From Candidatus Saccharimonadia bacterium (GTDB lineage: Bacteria > Patescibacteriota > Saccharimonadia > UBA4664), in the NCBI GenBank assembly GCA_041743505.1, contig JBGTMQ010000009.1, forward strand, positions 40,012 to 104,011: 64,000 nucleotides of DNA, given 5' to 3'. Shown one piece after another: positions 6,696 through 14,261 of the stretch (its first letter is position 1; each line of letters begins with the position of its first letter). Made by a program: the position numbers and the translations under genes. The notes beneath the pieces were generated by a model. The model saw only the letters and a program-made list of their open reading frames with translations. It was not told the origin of the DNA and did no database searches.

Positions 6696-8930
6696 ATGCC
6701 TCGTGGTAAAATTACCCTCACTATGAGAAAACTCTTACTTCTTCGCGGCCTGCCGGGCAGCGGCAAGAGCACTTTTTTGCGGGAAAGCGGTCTGGAGCCC
6801 TATACTCTTTCGGCCGATGGCTTGCGCATGTTCTACAGCGGCCCGGTCATGGAAGCAAATGGCCGTATGCGCATTGCCGCCGACCAGGACCGCACGGTAT
6901 GGCAACAATTACTGCAACTACTCGAAGACCGGATGCGGCGAGGAGAACTGGTAATAGTTGACGCAACCCACACCCATCCCCGGTCATTCCAGAACTATCA
7001 GCAAATTGCCAACCGGTATCGCTACCGGGTTATATGCGTCGATTTCGCCGACATGTCATTTGAGACTTGCGAAAAACGAAATATAAACCGCGAAGAGCAT
7101 AAGGTCGTACCACCGCACGAAATGAAGCGGCTAAATGATAATTTGCTACGTTCACGCTTGCCAAAGTGGATTACCCGGGTTTTACCAGAGGACCTTTTGC
7201 CAACATTGCAAATGGGACCACAAGATATCTCTCACTATAAAGCGGTTCATCACATTGGAGACATCCAAGGCTGCTATACGCCGCTCATGGACTACTTCAA
7301 GAAATACGGCCTCCAGGACGATGAACTCTATATCTTTGTCGGAGATTACCTGGACCGCGGCCCCCAAAACGCCGAGGTCATGACATGGCTATTGGAGAAT
7401 TACCATCGGCGCAATTTCATCTTTCTGGAAGGTAACCATGAGGCCCACCTCCGCGCCTGGGCTGGAGGCGGTAAGCCTCGTAGCCGTCAATTCACCGAAG
7501 CAACCCAGGTCGAACTTGAAGCTGCCGGCTTTTCAACTAAAAAAGTCCATGGCTTTCTCTACCAATTACGCGAAGCCTACTTCTATAACTTCCATGACCA
7601 CATCGTACTGGTAACTCATGGTGGTCTGGCTACGCTTCCCAAAAATCTGACGCTCGTTAGCTCGGCTCAACTTATTAAAGGTGCAGGTGTTTATGAAGAC
7701 GCTGACGCATGCGATACCACATTTGCCGCTACCGCCCCGGCCAATGCCTATCAAATCCATGGCCACCGTAACCGTTACGCCAGTCCCGCTCGGGTCAACG
7801 CCCACTGCTTCAACCTGGAAGGCAAGGTCGAATTTGGTGGCGAACTCCGCACTGTCACGCTAACCCCACAAGGCTTTAAAGAGCGTAGCGTAAAAAGCCT
7901 AATAGATGCTAGTAAAACAATTCTTGAGCCCATCGGCGATTTCTCCGGTGAAATCGAAAATGTCCAAATGCTCGTAGCCGACTTACGCGCCACCCCCGAA
8001 ATCTTGGAGAAACCCCAAACCGGCACCAACATTAGCTCTTTCAACTTTTCCCGCGACGTCTTTTACAAAAAAGCCTGGGACGAGCTCAATGTGCACGCCC
8101 GCGGCCTGTTTATAAATACCGCCCAAAACATAATCGTAGCCCGGTCGTACGAAAAATTCTTTAACCTTGGTGAGCGGCCCGAAACCCAACCCGACGTCCT
8201 AGGCCGTTCCCTAGCCTTTCCGGCTCACGCCTGGATTAAAGAAAATGGTTACTTGGGACTAGTCGGCTATAACCCCGAAACCAAAGAACTGGTGTTTGCG
8301 AGCAAAAGTTCGCTGACTAGCAATTTTGCTGGATGGCTACACCAGCAGTTTGACCAGCTAGCTCCAGCCGGGTCCAAAAACCGCAAAGAGATAACAGAGT
8401 ATCTAAGCCGCAACGACGGTAAGACATTGGTCTTTGAGGCCATCGAACCTCTCAATGACCCACACATTATCGAACACGATGGTCCTCCCTACCTGGTATT
8501 ACTGGACATTGTCAGCAATACCACCCGCTTTGAAGCCGAAAACGATAAAGAACGCCAGAAGATTGCTAAACTTCTTAACTGCCCGGCCAAACGCCAAGCC
8601 GCAATTCTCAAAAACACGGCCGGACTGGAGACTTGGCTGGAAACTGTGCGCGACATCAGTTACAAGCACAACGATCAATACATCGAGGGCTTTGTTCTCG
8701 AAGACGCACACGGCTTCAAAGTAAAGGTCAAACTGCCTTGGTATGCCTTTTGGAGACAAATGCGCACCCAGCTTGAGCGGCTGCAGTCAGGCAAGAAAAC
8801 ACAGCTGCCCACACCCGCAATCGATAATTCCCTGGCAGAGAAATTTCTGGCCTTTCTGGGAGATAAAACAACCACCGAGTTAAAAGCCACCAACATTATC
8901 GACTTGCGCCGGGAATTCTTTAACCAATAG
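6696..8930 (+). CDS. polynucleotide kinase-phosphatase with C-terminal RNA-ligase-like nucleotidyltransferase domain (bacterial Pnkp-type RNA repair enzyme)
   Basis: Three modules in Pnkp order. P-loop kinase (LLLRGLPGSGKSTF, VIVDATH). Calcineurin-type metallophosphatase (GDIQGC, GDYLDRGP, GNHE, GHRN). Ligase motifs: I K-E-N-G-Y (WIKENGYLG, ~residue 512), IV EGFVLE, V FKVKVK. Confidence 0.8.
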   Translation: MPRGKITLTMRKLLLLRGLPGSGKSTFLRESGLEPYTLSADGLRMFYSGPVMEANGRMRIAADQDRTVWQQLLQLLEDRMRRGELVIVDATHTHPRSFQNYQQIANRYRYRVICVDFADMSFETCEKRNINREEHKVVPPHEMKRLNDNLLRSRLPKWITRVLPEDLLPTLQMGPQDISHYKAVHHIGDIQGCYTPLMDYFKKYGLQDDELYIFVGDYLDRGPQNAEVMTWLLENYHRRNFIFLEGNHEAHLRAWAGGGKPRSRQFTEATQVELEAAGFSTKKVHGFLYQLREAYFYNFHDHIVLVTHGGLATLPKNLTLVSSAQLIKGAGVYEDADACDTTFAATAPANAYQIHGHRNRYASPARVNAHCFNLEGKVEFGGELRTVTLTPQGFKERSVKSLIDASKTILEPIGDFSGEIENVQMLVADLRATPEILEKPQTGTNISSFNFSRDVFYKKAWDELNVHARGLFINTAQNIIVARSYEKFFNLGERPETQPDVLGRSLAFPAHAWIKENGYLGLVGYNPETKELVFASKSSLTSNFAGWLHQQFDQLAPAGSKNRKEITEYLSRNDGKTLVFEAIEPLNDPHIIEHDGPPYLVLLDIVSNTTRFEAENDKERQKIAKLLNCPAKRQAAILKNTAGLETWLETVRDISYKHNDQYIEGFVLEDAHGFKVKVKLPWYAFWRQMRTQLERLQSGKKTQLPTPAIDNSLAEKFLAFLGDKTTTELKATNIIDLRREFFNQ

Positions 8931-9087
8931 AGCCCTGAGTGGCCCGCCGTCCCTACTTAGAGAGACTGTATCTCCACCACTCAAATTTCAGACTTCTGTC
9001 GTCGTGTGTTTGCATTTAGAAACAAATTATGTTAAAATAACATTAAGCAACGGCCGCCTGACTCTCAGATAGAAGGAGCCCGCTACC

Positions 9088-9357
9088 ATGCTAGTACTTG
9101 CCATGCTGTCGGCTATGCCGCTAAACTTCGTTGAATCGCCAGTGCGAACCATTGTCATAAGCTTGATTTGGTTCGCCATCTTTGGCAGCACCGCCGTATA
9201 TCTTGACTACGATATGCGTAGAAAGTACGGCGGTTACAAAACCACAACTGAATCAGTCCTCTGCTGGAGTATTGTCGGCGGGCTTGGGCTAGTCGCTCTT
9301 GCCGGCCTCGTCAACGCCTTTTGGCCCATCATTCTAACCGCCTACACGGCTAGTTGA
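9088..9357 (+). CDS. small membrane protein (89 aa, 2-3 TM), hypothetical
   Basis: AAGGAG RBS upstream; hydrophobic ORF MLVLAMLSAMPLNFVESPVRTIVISLIWFAIFG... Confidence 0.5.
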   Translation: MLVLAMLSAMPLNFVESPVRTIVISLIWFAIFGSTAVYLDYDMRRKYGGYKTTTESVLCWSIVGGLGLVALAGLVNAFWPIILTAYTAS

Positions 9358-9391
9358 CCAAACCCAGCCTCAAACATATGTGAGCACACAA

Positions 9392-9429
9392 GGGCCCAAA
9401 CGCAGGCTGCGTTTGGGCCCTCATTTTTT
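9392..9429 (+). terminator. rho-independent terminator (12-bp stem GGGCCCAAACGC / GCGTTTGGGCCC, loop AGGCT, then TCATTTTTT)
   Basis: Perfect stem read in sequence followed by a T6 run. Confidence 0.75.
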
Positions 9430-9456
9430 ATACCTCTATTCTGGTATTATGCCTTT

Positions 9457-10473
9457 ATGGATGACAAGCACGACCGCTATCAACCCGCCAAAGCTGCCGA
9501 AGGTCTAGGTATCGGGGCTGAGCGTTACGCCCACGAACTAGGCACGGCAGACAACGACATCGCAGACGCAGAAAGCGCCACGCCGGGCTCAAAACCCACC
9601 GAAAGCGCATCCGTGGCTACTGCCCGAGCCGCAGTTGAAGCAGCTACAGGCCCAACCGAGCCCGAAGCTGCACCCAATGATCAAATCCATACCTTCATCG
9701 ATGAATTAAACGCCCGGGCCGAGGACGCCCGAAGCGACGTCCATACCCGTAGTAGCGATTTGCAACTTATTGACGTCATTGAAAATACATTTTCGCCGCT
9801 CAAACGCACCCGTCTACGTAAATACTGGCAAGAGCACCAAACCGCCGACGCCATACACATCAAGCCCCCTGGCGAGTTGGATAACAACCCAGACGCCCTA
9901 GAGGGTTACATCCGGGAGGTAGCCAAAAAAGGTAACCCCTGGGCCGTTCGGCGGGAACAAATGCTCCTGAGAAACAAAATAGAACACCCCAGTGGCAAGC
10001 AGTACCGCGAAAAAATGCTGGCAGAGACACACCAGTTAGGAATACTTGCCGCAGCCGCCGGTGAAGCCGCCGTCGATCACTTCCGGCGCCTCCAATCGGG
10101 CGAGCCTCTCCCCGAAAACCCCGCTGCTCGCCAATTTGTAATTGATCTGCATCTCGAAACAGAGCATTCAGGCGCTAGTACTAATGATGCCAGGGGCAAA
10201 CGAGTGGAGGAGACAGCGGGGAACCGCTACGACGCGCTGTACGGATACCCACCGGCCGTAGAAGAACTGGTACGATACCAACTCATGGACGCCGGACCAG
10301 CCGCAAGCGAGTGGCACAATGCCGCCCGCGAGGCCGACCAATCCAAAGATAAGTTCTTTAAACCCGGTAAATTCGCAGCCTTAAAGCGGCGTATCCACGA
10401 GGCCCGTGAAGCCACCGCCTCGGCCGCCACAAAAAGCATCGGCCGTTTACGCACTCTTCAAATCGCCACTTAA
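9457..10473 (+). CDS. hypothetical protein (338 aa, acidic, no TM, disordered N-terminus)
   Basis: ORF begins 6 nt after a TATTAT -10 (9445-9450), a leaderless arrangement; no recognisable domain. Confidence 0.55.
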   Translation: MDDKHDRYQPAKAAEGLGIGAERYAHELGTADNDIADAESATPGSKPTESASVATARAAVEAATGPTEPEAAPNDQIHTFIDELNARAEDARSDVHTRSSDLQLIDVIENTFSPLKRTRLRKYWQEHQTADAIHIKPPGELDNNPDALEGYIREVAKKGNPWAVRREQMLLRNKIEHPSGKQYREKMLAETHQLGILAAAAGEAAVDHFRRLQSGEPLPENPAARQFVIDLHLETEHSGASTNDARGKRVEETAGNRYDALYGYPPAVEELVRYQLMDAGPAASEWHNAAREADQSKDKFFKPGKFAALKRRIHEAREATASAATKSIGRLRTLQIAT

Positions 10474-10474
10474 G

Positions 10475-10503
10475 TTGACCGATAAGCACAAGAGTGTTAT
10501 AAT
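10475..10503 (+). promoter_or_regulatory. consensus sigma70 promoter TTGACC-N17-(TGT)TATAAT immediately after the stop of the preceding gene
   Basis: -35 10475-10480, -10 10498-10503 with an extended-10 TG; expected TSS ~10510. Confidence 0.55.
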
Positions 10504-10596
10504 CATTGACATGGTTCAGTTATCAAACTACAGCCTCATCAACGAGACAGCGACAGCTACGTTCTAGCCTGTCGGTAGTTTGCGATTTCCAAAAGT

Positions 10597-10619
10597 ACTC
10601 CCGGCAGCGGGAGTTTTTG
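10597..10619 (+). terminator. intrinsic terminator inside the 5' leader of the ThrRS-like gene (ACTCCCG-GCAG-CGGGAGT + TTTTTGTTT); attenuator or 3' end of a ~110-nt sRNA
   Basis: 7-bp GC-rich stem plus U-tract ~90 nt downstream of the predicted TSS and ~70 nt upstream of ATG 10687. An upstream alternative hairpin (CGACAG...CTGTCG, ~10554-10578) is also present. Confidence 0.55.
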
Positions 10620-10686
10620 TTTCTCGACCCAAAACTCCATGTAGAACGGCACTCAGAGGCTAACCTACTAAAATGGAGCTTTTGTA

Positions 10687-12027
10687 ATGAAAGACAGTTA
10701 TTTTGTAATCAAAAAAGACGGCCAAATCGTCGAAGCTGCACCCTATCTTAAGGATGGCGGCGACTCGGATAATTTCAAATTATTCGTCCAACGCGAGGCC
10801 CTAAACCAAAACGTTAACCGCGGTTCCGAGGGCAAGCCCAAGTACCTGGGAGTTGCCAAAAAATTCGGCTTCAATTGGGAGCCAAATGCCGACGTCGGTA
10901 TTCTTCAGTATGACTACAAAGCCAACCTCATGAGCCGGCTCGTGCAGGACTATGCCCGTTCATTGGCGGGCAGGGTAGGGCTGCCGGTATATGAGGTTAA
11001 CGGGTCAAACATATTTAATATGGACCACCCGGTGGTGGAAGCCTACGCCAAACTCTACGGCGACAGATTGTACCAGTTCAAAGCTGGCAACAGCCAAGTC
11101 GTGATGAGCTACGACGCCAGCTACCCTCAGTTCAATCTAGCCGCTAGTCACTCACTAAGCCACAAGAATATACCATTCGCGCATTTCTCTATCTCAGACT
11201 GCTACCGCTATGAACAAAGCGGCGAATGCATGTTGCTCTACCGCCAGCGCCGGTTCTACATGCCTGATATTCATCCTTACTTCAAGGATGTGGCTGAAGC
11301 ATTCGAATGGTACCCCAGGCTGCAAGAGCAGATTCTGGCCGCCTCACAGGAGCTAAAGCGTGACTACGAGATGGTCATCGAGGTCTCGTCCCCTAAGCAT
11401 TGGGAGCAGTTTCAAGCAGAAATAAAAAAAGTCGCCGCCAACTTTGGCCGTGATGTCCTGGTTGGCGTCCACAACGACCAGGCCGACCGCTACTGGATCG
11501 TGAACGTCGATTACAAAATCATCGACGCCCTCGGACAATCCCGGGAGATCGCCTGTATCCAAATCGACGTCGGTAATGCACCTCGCCTCGGCATCAGCTA
11601 CATCAACGAAGCAGGCAACAGCCGGCACCCCGTTATCATCCATTCAGCTATCCCAGGTGGCATTGAACGCTATCTGTATATGGCGCTGGACGGATTCGAT
11701 AACGGCCTTCCGCTCTGGCTTTACCCAGTCCAAATCCGCCTCGTCCCGGTCAGCGACCAACACGTCAGTCTCTGCCAAAAGCTCGTTGCTGACAACGCCC
11801 ACCAACCAGTCCGTATCGAAATCGACGACCGAAATGAAAGTGTCGGCAAAAAAGTCAAACAAGCCCACGAAGACCTGGTCCCATTAGTAGTCGTGATAGG
11901 GGAGAAGGAGCAAGCAAATGGCGCCATAGAGCTGGATAAAGCTATCGCCCAAATCCTAGGCTCCTCGCTCAACCGCCCATTCATCCCGCGCCAGTGGCCA
12001 GAGCTAGTGAGCCGGCAAATACATTGA
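10687..12027 (+). CDS. threonyl-tRNA synthetase-like protein: class II catalytic core + anticodon-binding domain, lacking the N-terminal TGS and editing domains
   Basis: Matches ThrRS, including the zinc ligands: CYRYEQSGE ~ CHRNEPSG; RQRRFYMPDIHPYF ~ RVRGFTQDDAHIF (motif 2); HPVIIHSAIPGGIERY ~ PVMIHRAILGSMERF (motif 3); LPLWLYPVQIRLVPV ~ FPTWLAPVQVVIM (anticodon-binding domain). Only 446 aa against ~640 for canonical ThrRS. Confidence 0.75.
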   Translation: MKDSYFVIKKDGQIVEAAPYLKDGGDSDNFKLFVQREALNQNVNRGSEGKPKYLGVAKKFGFNWEPNADVGILQYDYKANLMSRLVQDYARSLAGRVGLPVYEVNGSNIFNMDHPVVEAYAKLYGDRLYQFKAGNSQVVMSYDASYPQFNLAASHSLSHKNIPFAHFSISDCYRYEQSGECMLLYRQRRFYMPDIHPYFKDVAEAFEWYPRLQEQILAASQELKRDYEMVIEVSSPKHWEQFQAEIKKVAANFGRDVLVGVHNDQADRYWIVNVDYKIIDALGQSREIACIQIDVGNAPRLGISYINEAGNSRHPVIIHSAIPGGIERYLYMALDGFDNGLPLWLYPVQIRLVPVSDQHVSLCQKLVADNAHQPVRIEIDDRNESVGKKVKQAHEDLVPLVVVIGEKEQANGAIELDKAIAQILGSSLNRPFIPRQWPELVSRQIH

Positions 12028-12087
12028 TCCAGCTTATTTGTAGTACAATACCTGCTATCTTTCTTCCGACTACAGAGAGAGGCACCT

Positions 12088-13092
12088 ATGGACACACGCG
12101 AGTTCGTCAAGGCCTATCCCGATAGCCTCAAGCCCGGGCAGATACATAGCGGTCCGCACTCCGCGCTAATTCATGACGCACAGGAGTGGTCGTATCGTTT
12201 TGGACTGCTCTTGCACATGCTGTTATCTAGCCAGGCCAATGACGCACCCAGCATGCCCACTGACGACTTTGACGATTACATGGGCTGGGCTAAGCACAAT
12301 GTTAGTGACCAAGAAATAGACTTGATCACTCAGCCAGACGGGCTGAGAGCTCGTAATGAAATTAATTTTCATACCATGAACCGGTGCATGGTAAACCTAT
12401 GGACGCCGCTCTTCTCGCGACTGTGGTCTTCCGACAAAGAGCGGCTCAGTCAGCTAGCCTACAGCCAACGTACGCTAGCCTTCATGGGTACGGTTTACTA
12501 TGTGAGCCGGCAGGATTACACGAAACACCACGGAGATCACGCACTCTTTGAACCGGCATTCAAAGAGATACTCGGTACCATGAATGGCTTCATGCAGGAA
12601 TACGATGCCGCCATCATCCTGCTCGACATCATCCGGCGTCACCCAAGTCTCACGCTAGTGCCGGCGCCATTGCAATTTGAGCGCACCATCAAGCGCACCA
12701 ATGTCGACTTCATTGTGACCGACGTAGTGTCACAGCAAGCGGTGGGGATCCAGGTTAAGACCAACGTCCGCCAGTCGGACATTAACATAGCCGACAGCGA
12801 CCGCGTCGTGCTTATAGATGGCAATGTCGATTTGCAAAATGTTAAAGCCGTCCGCACCCGACGCAGACAGTCCGACCAGCGGGTCGTGCCCTGGCCCGGC
12901 TTGATCGCCGCTCATTATATCCAGTCACTTCGGGCCAAAGGTAGCGGCCCTGAGCGCATGTCTACGCACGAACTCCAAAGCCAACTCCGCCTTAAGATGC
13001 ACGTCCAGCCACACATCGGCGGCATCAGAGTTGACCGTCGGGAAATCGCCAAGTCCATTGGCGAGCGCATACTGGCAAAACTCTACACCTGA
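12088..13092 (+). CDS. hypothetical protein (334 aa)
   Basis: Good RBS (GAGAGAGG) upstream; no confident domain. A weak D...(Q)VK pattern (VDFIVTDVVSQQAVGIQVK) could hint at a PD-(D/E)xK-like fold but is not established. Confidence 0.55.
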   Translation: MDTREFVKAYPDSLKPGQIHSGPHSALIHDAQEWSYRFGLLLHMLLSSQANDAPSMPTDDFDDYMGWAKHNVSDQEIDLITQPDGLRARNEINFHTMNRCMVNLWTPLFSRLWSSDKERLSQLAYSQRTLAFMGTVYYVSRQDYTKHHGDHALFEPAFKEILGTMNGFMQEYDAAIILLDIIRRHPSLTLVPAPLQFERTIKRTNVDFIVTDVVSQQAVGIQVKTNVRQSDINIADSDRVVLIDGNVDLQNVKAVRTRRRQSDQRVVPWPGLIAAHYIQSLRAKGSGPERMSTHELQSQLRLKMHVQPHIGGIRVDRREIAKSIGERILAKLYT

Positions 13093-13135
13093 CGTCCCGA
13101 CATCCGTTGTCCCGCTAGCCGCTTAATCTCCTCAA

Positions 13136-13172
13136 GCCCCCGGTGAGCATCCAATATGCATCCACCGGGGGC
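13136..13172. terminator. convergent-gene terminator hairpin (10-bp stem GCCCCCGGTG / CACCGGGGGC with 17-nt loop containing ATGCAT)
   Basis: Perfect GC-rich stem between the + gene ending 13092 and the - gene ending 13198; weak U-tracts. Confidence 0.45.
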
Positions 13173-13197
13173 TCCTTATATAGCCAGACACTTACTT

Positions 13198-14058
13198 TTA
13201 CCGGCTATTAACAATATAAGCAAAGTTTGCTTTCAAGTAGGCAATGGCTTTCTCAAATGCCCGGGCCTCCTGAAGCGCTTGGTCCTTGTCCTTATCAAAC
13301 CATGTTATATGCTCTGCCTGTTCGGCTATACGGCGAAACACGCCTCTCCAAGCTAACTGGTCAATATCAGGGATTTCTTCAAAAACTTTTAGGTCTTCGT
13401 GCTGTGCATCTTCCCAAGTTATCGCGTCCACAAGCATAATTCCTTCGGCAAACCCGCTGGGAGCCCAGGCAGGCGAAAAATCAATAACAGCTACTGGTAA
13501 GCCATCTGCAACCAAAAGATTACCAGATAAATCCCCGTGGATTAACTGGCTAGGCGCATCATATGGCTTGAGGTAAGGTGTGATCTGGCTTATTAGTTCG
13601 GCAAACTCTGGGCCATAATCAAACTCACGTTTTTGCCACACTACTAAATCAGCCGCCAACCACGAGCTTGATGCAGAACCAACAAACAATGGCTTAGGCG
13701 CATTACTGAGTAGGCTATGGAATGCCCTGCTAGCCTTCAATTTATCCCCGTACTGACCCTTTATATGATCTCCAGATAAGAACGACCAGGCTACATAGCC
13801 GTCATGTATCCATGAACCTCGAACAGATTTGATCGGTCGCGCAAAACGGACGTCAGCCGACTCGGGTAAGCTGTCAAAAAGCTCAGCGGCCCAAGCACCT
13901 CCGTCATCGCCTTCTGCGGGCTTAAGCACAATTTCGCCGGCACGATACGTAGTACCTTGTCCGCCTGCGAGACGTACCGGCTCAACCGAAGATCCAAAAG
14001 CTTCGGCCGTAGCAATAGTCGGCGGTGTTGCATTAACACCATAAAAATCTAACTTCAT
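13198..14058 (-). CDS. aminoglycoside/macrolide phosphotransferase (APH)-fold kinase family protein
   Basis: Catalytic-loop motif LIHGDLSGNLLV (HGDxxxxN) and VIDFSPA (DFG-equivalent) typical of the APH/choline-kinase fold; substrate unknown. Confidence 0.7.
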   Translation of the reverse strand: MKLDFYGVNATPPTIATAEAFGSSVEPVRLAGGQGTTYRAGEIVLKPAEGDDGGAWAAELFDSLPESADVRFARPIKSVRGSWIHDGYVAWSFLSGDHIKGQYGDKLKASRAFHSLLSNAPKPLFVGSASSSWLAADLVVWQKREFDYGPEFAELISQITPYLKPYDAPSQLIHGDLSGNLLVADGLPVAVIDFSPAWAPSGFAEGIMLVDAITWEDAQHEDLKVFEEIPDIDQLAWRGVFRRIAEQAEHITWFDKDKDQALQEARAFEKAIAYLKANFAYIVNSR

Positions 14059-14071
14059 ACAAATAATACCT

Positions 14072-14146
14072 TGGTAGTCCCAAGGGGATTCGAACCCCTG
14101 TTACCGACGTGAGAGGCCAGCGTCCTAACCGCTAGACGATGGGACC
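14072..14146 (-). tRNA. tRNA-Glu (anticodon CUC), CCA encoded
   Basis: Reverse complement GGTCCCATCGTCTAGCGGTTAGGACGCTGGCCTCTCACGTCGGTAACAGGGGTTCGAATCCCCTTGGGACTACCA folds as a cloverleaf: 7-bp acceptor stem, GG in the D-loop, anticodon loop CTCTCAC (CTC), T-loop TTCGAAT. Confidence 0.85.
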
Positions 14147-14261
14147 ACAACTTTAGTAAGGTACCATATTTGAGGGGAACTGTCCAGACAACCGAGCTGG
14201 CCAGATATCCGGTGGGTTGCGGTCCGGGACGGTTTCCACCATAATCTTAAACGTAAGCATC

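Noticed and set aside
10504-10686. T-box riboswitch upstream of the ThrRS-like gene
   Set aside because: The leader has a terminator and alternative hairpin, but no AGGGTGGNACCGCG T-box sequence or recognisable specifier-loop architecture was found; called a generic attenuator or sRNA instead.
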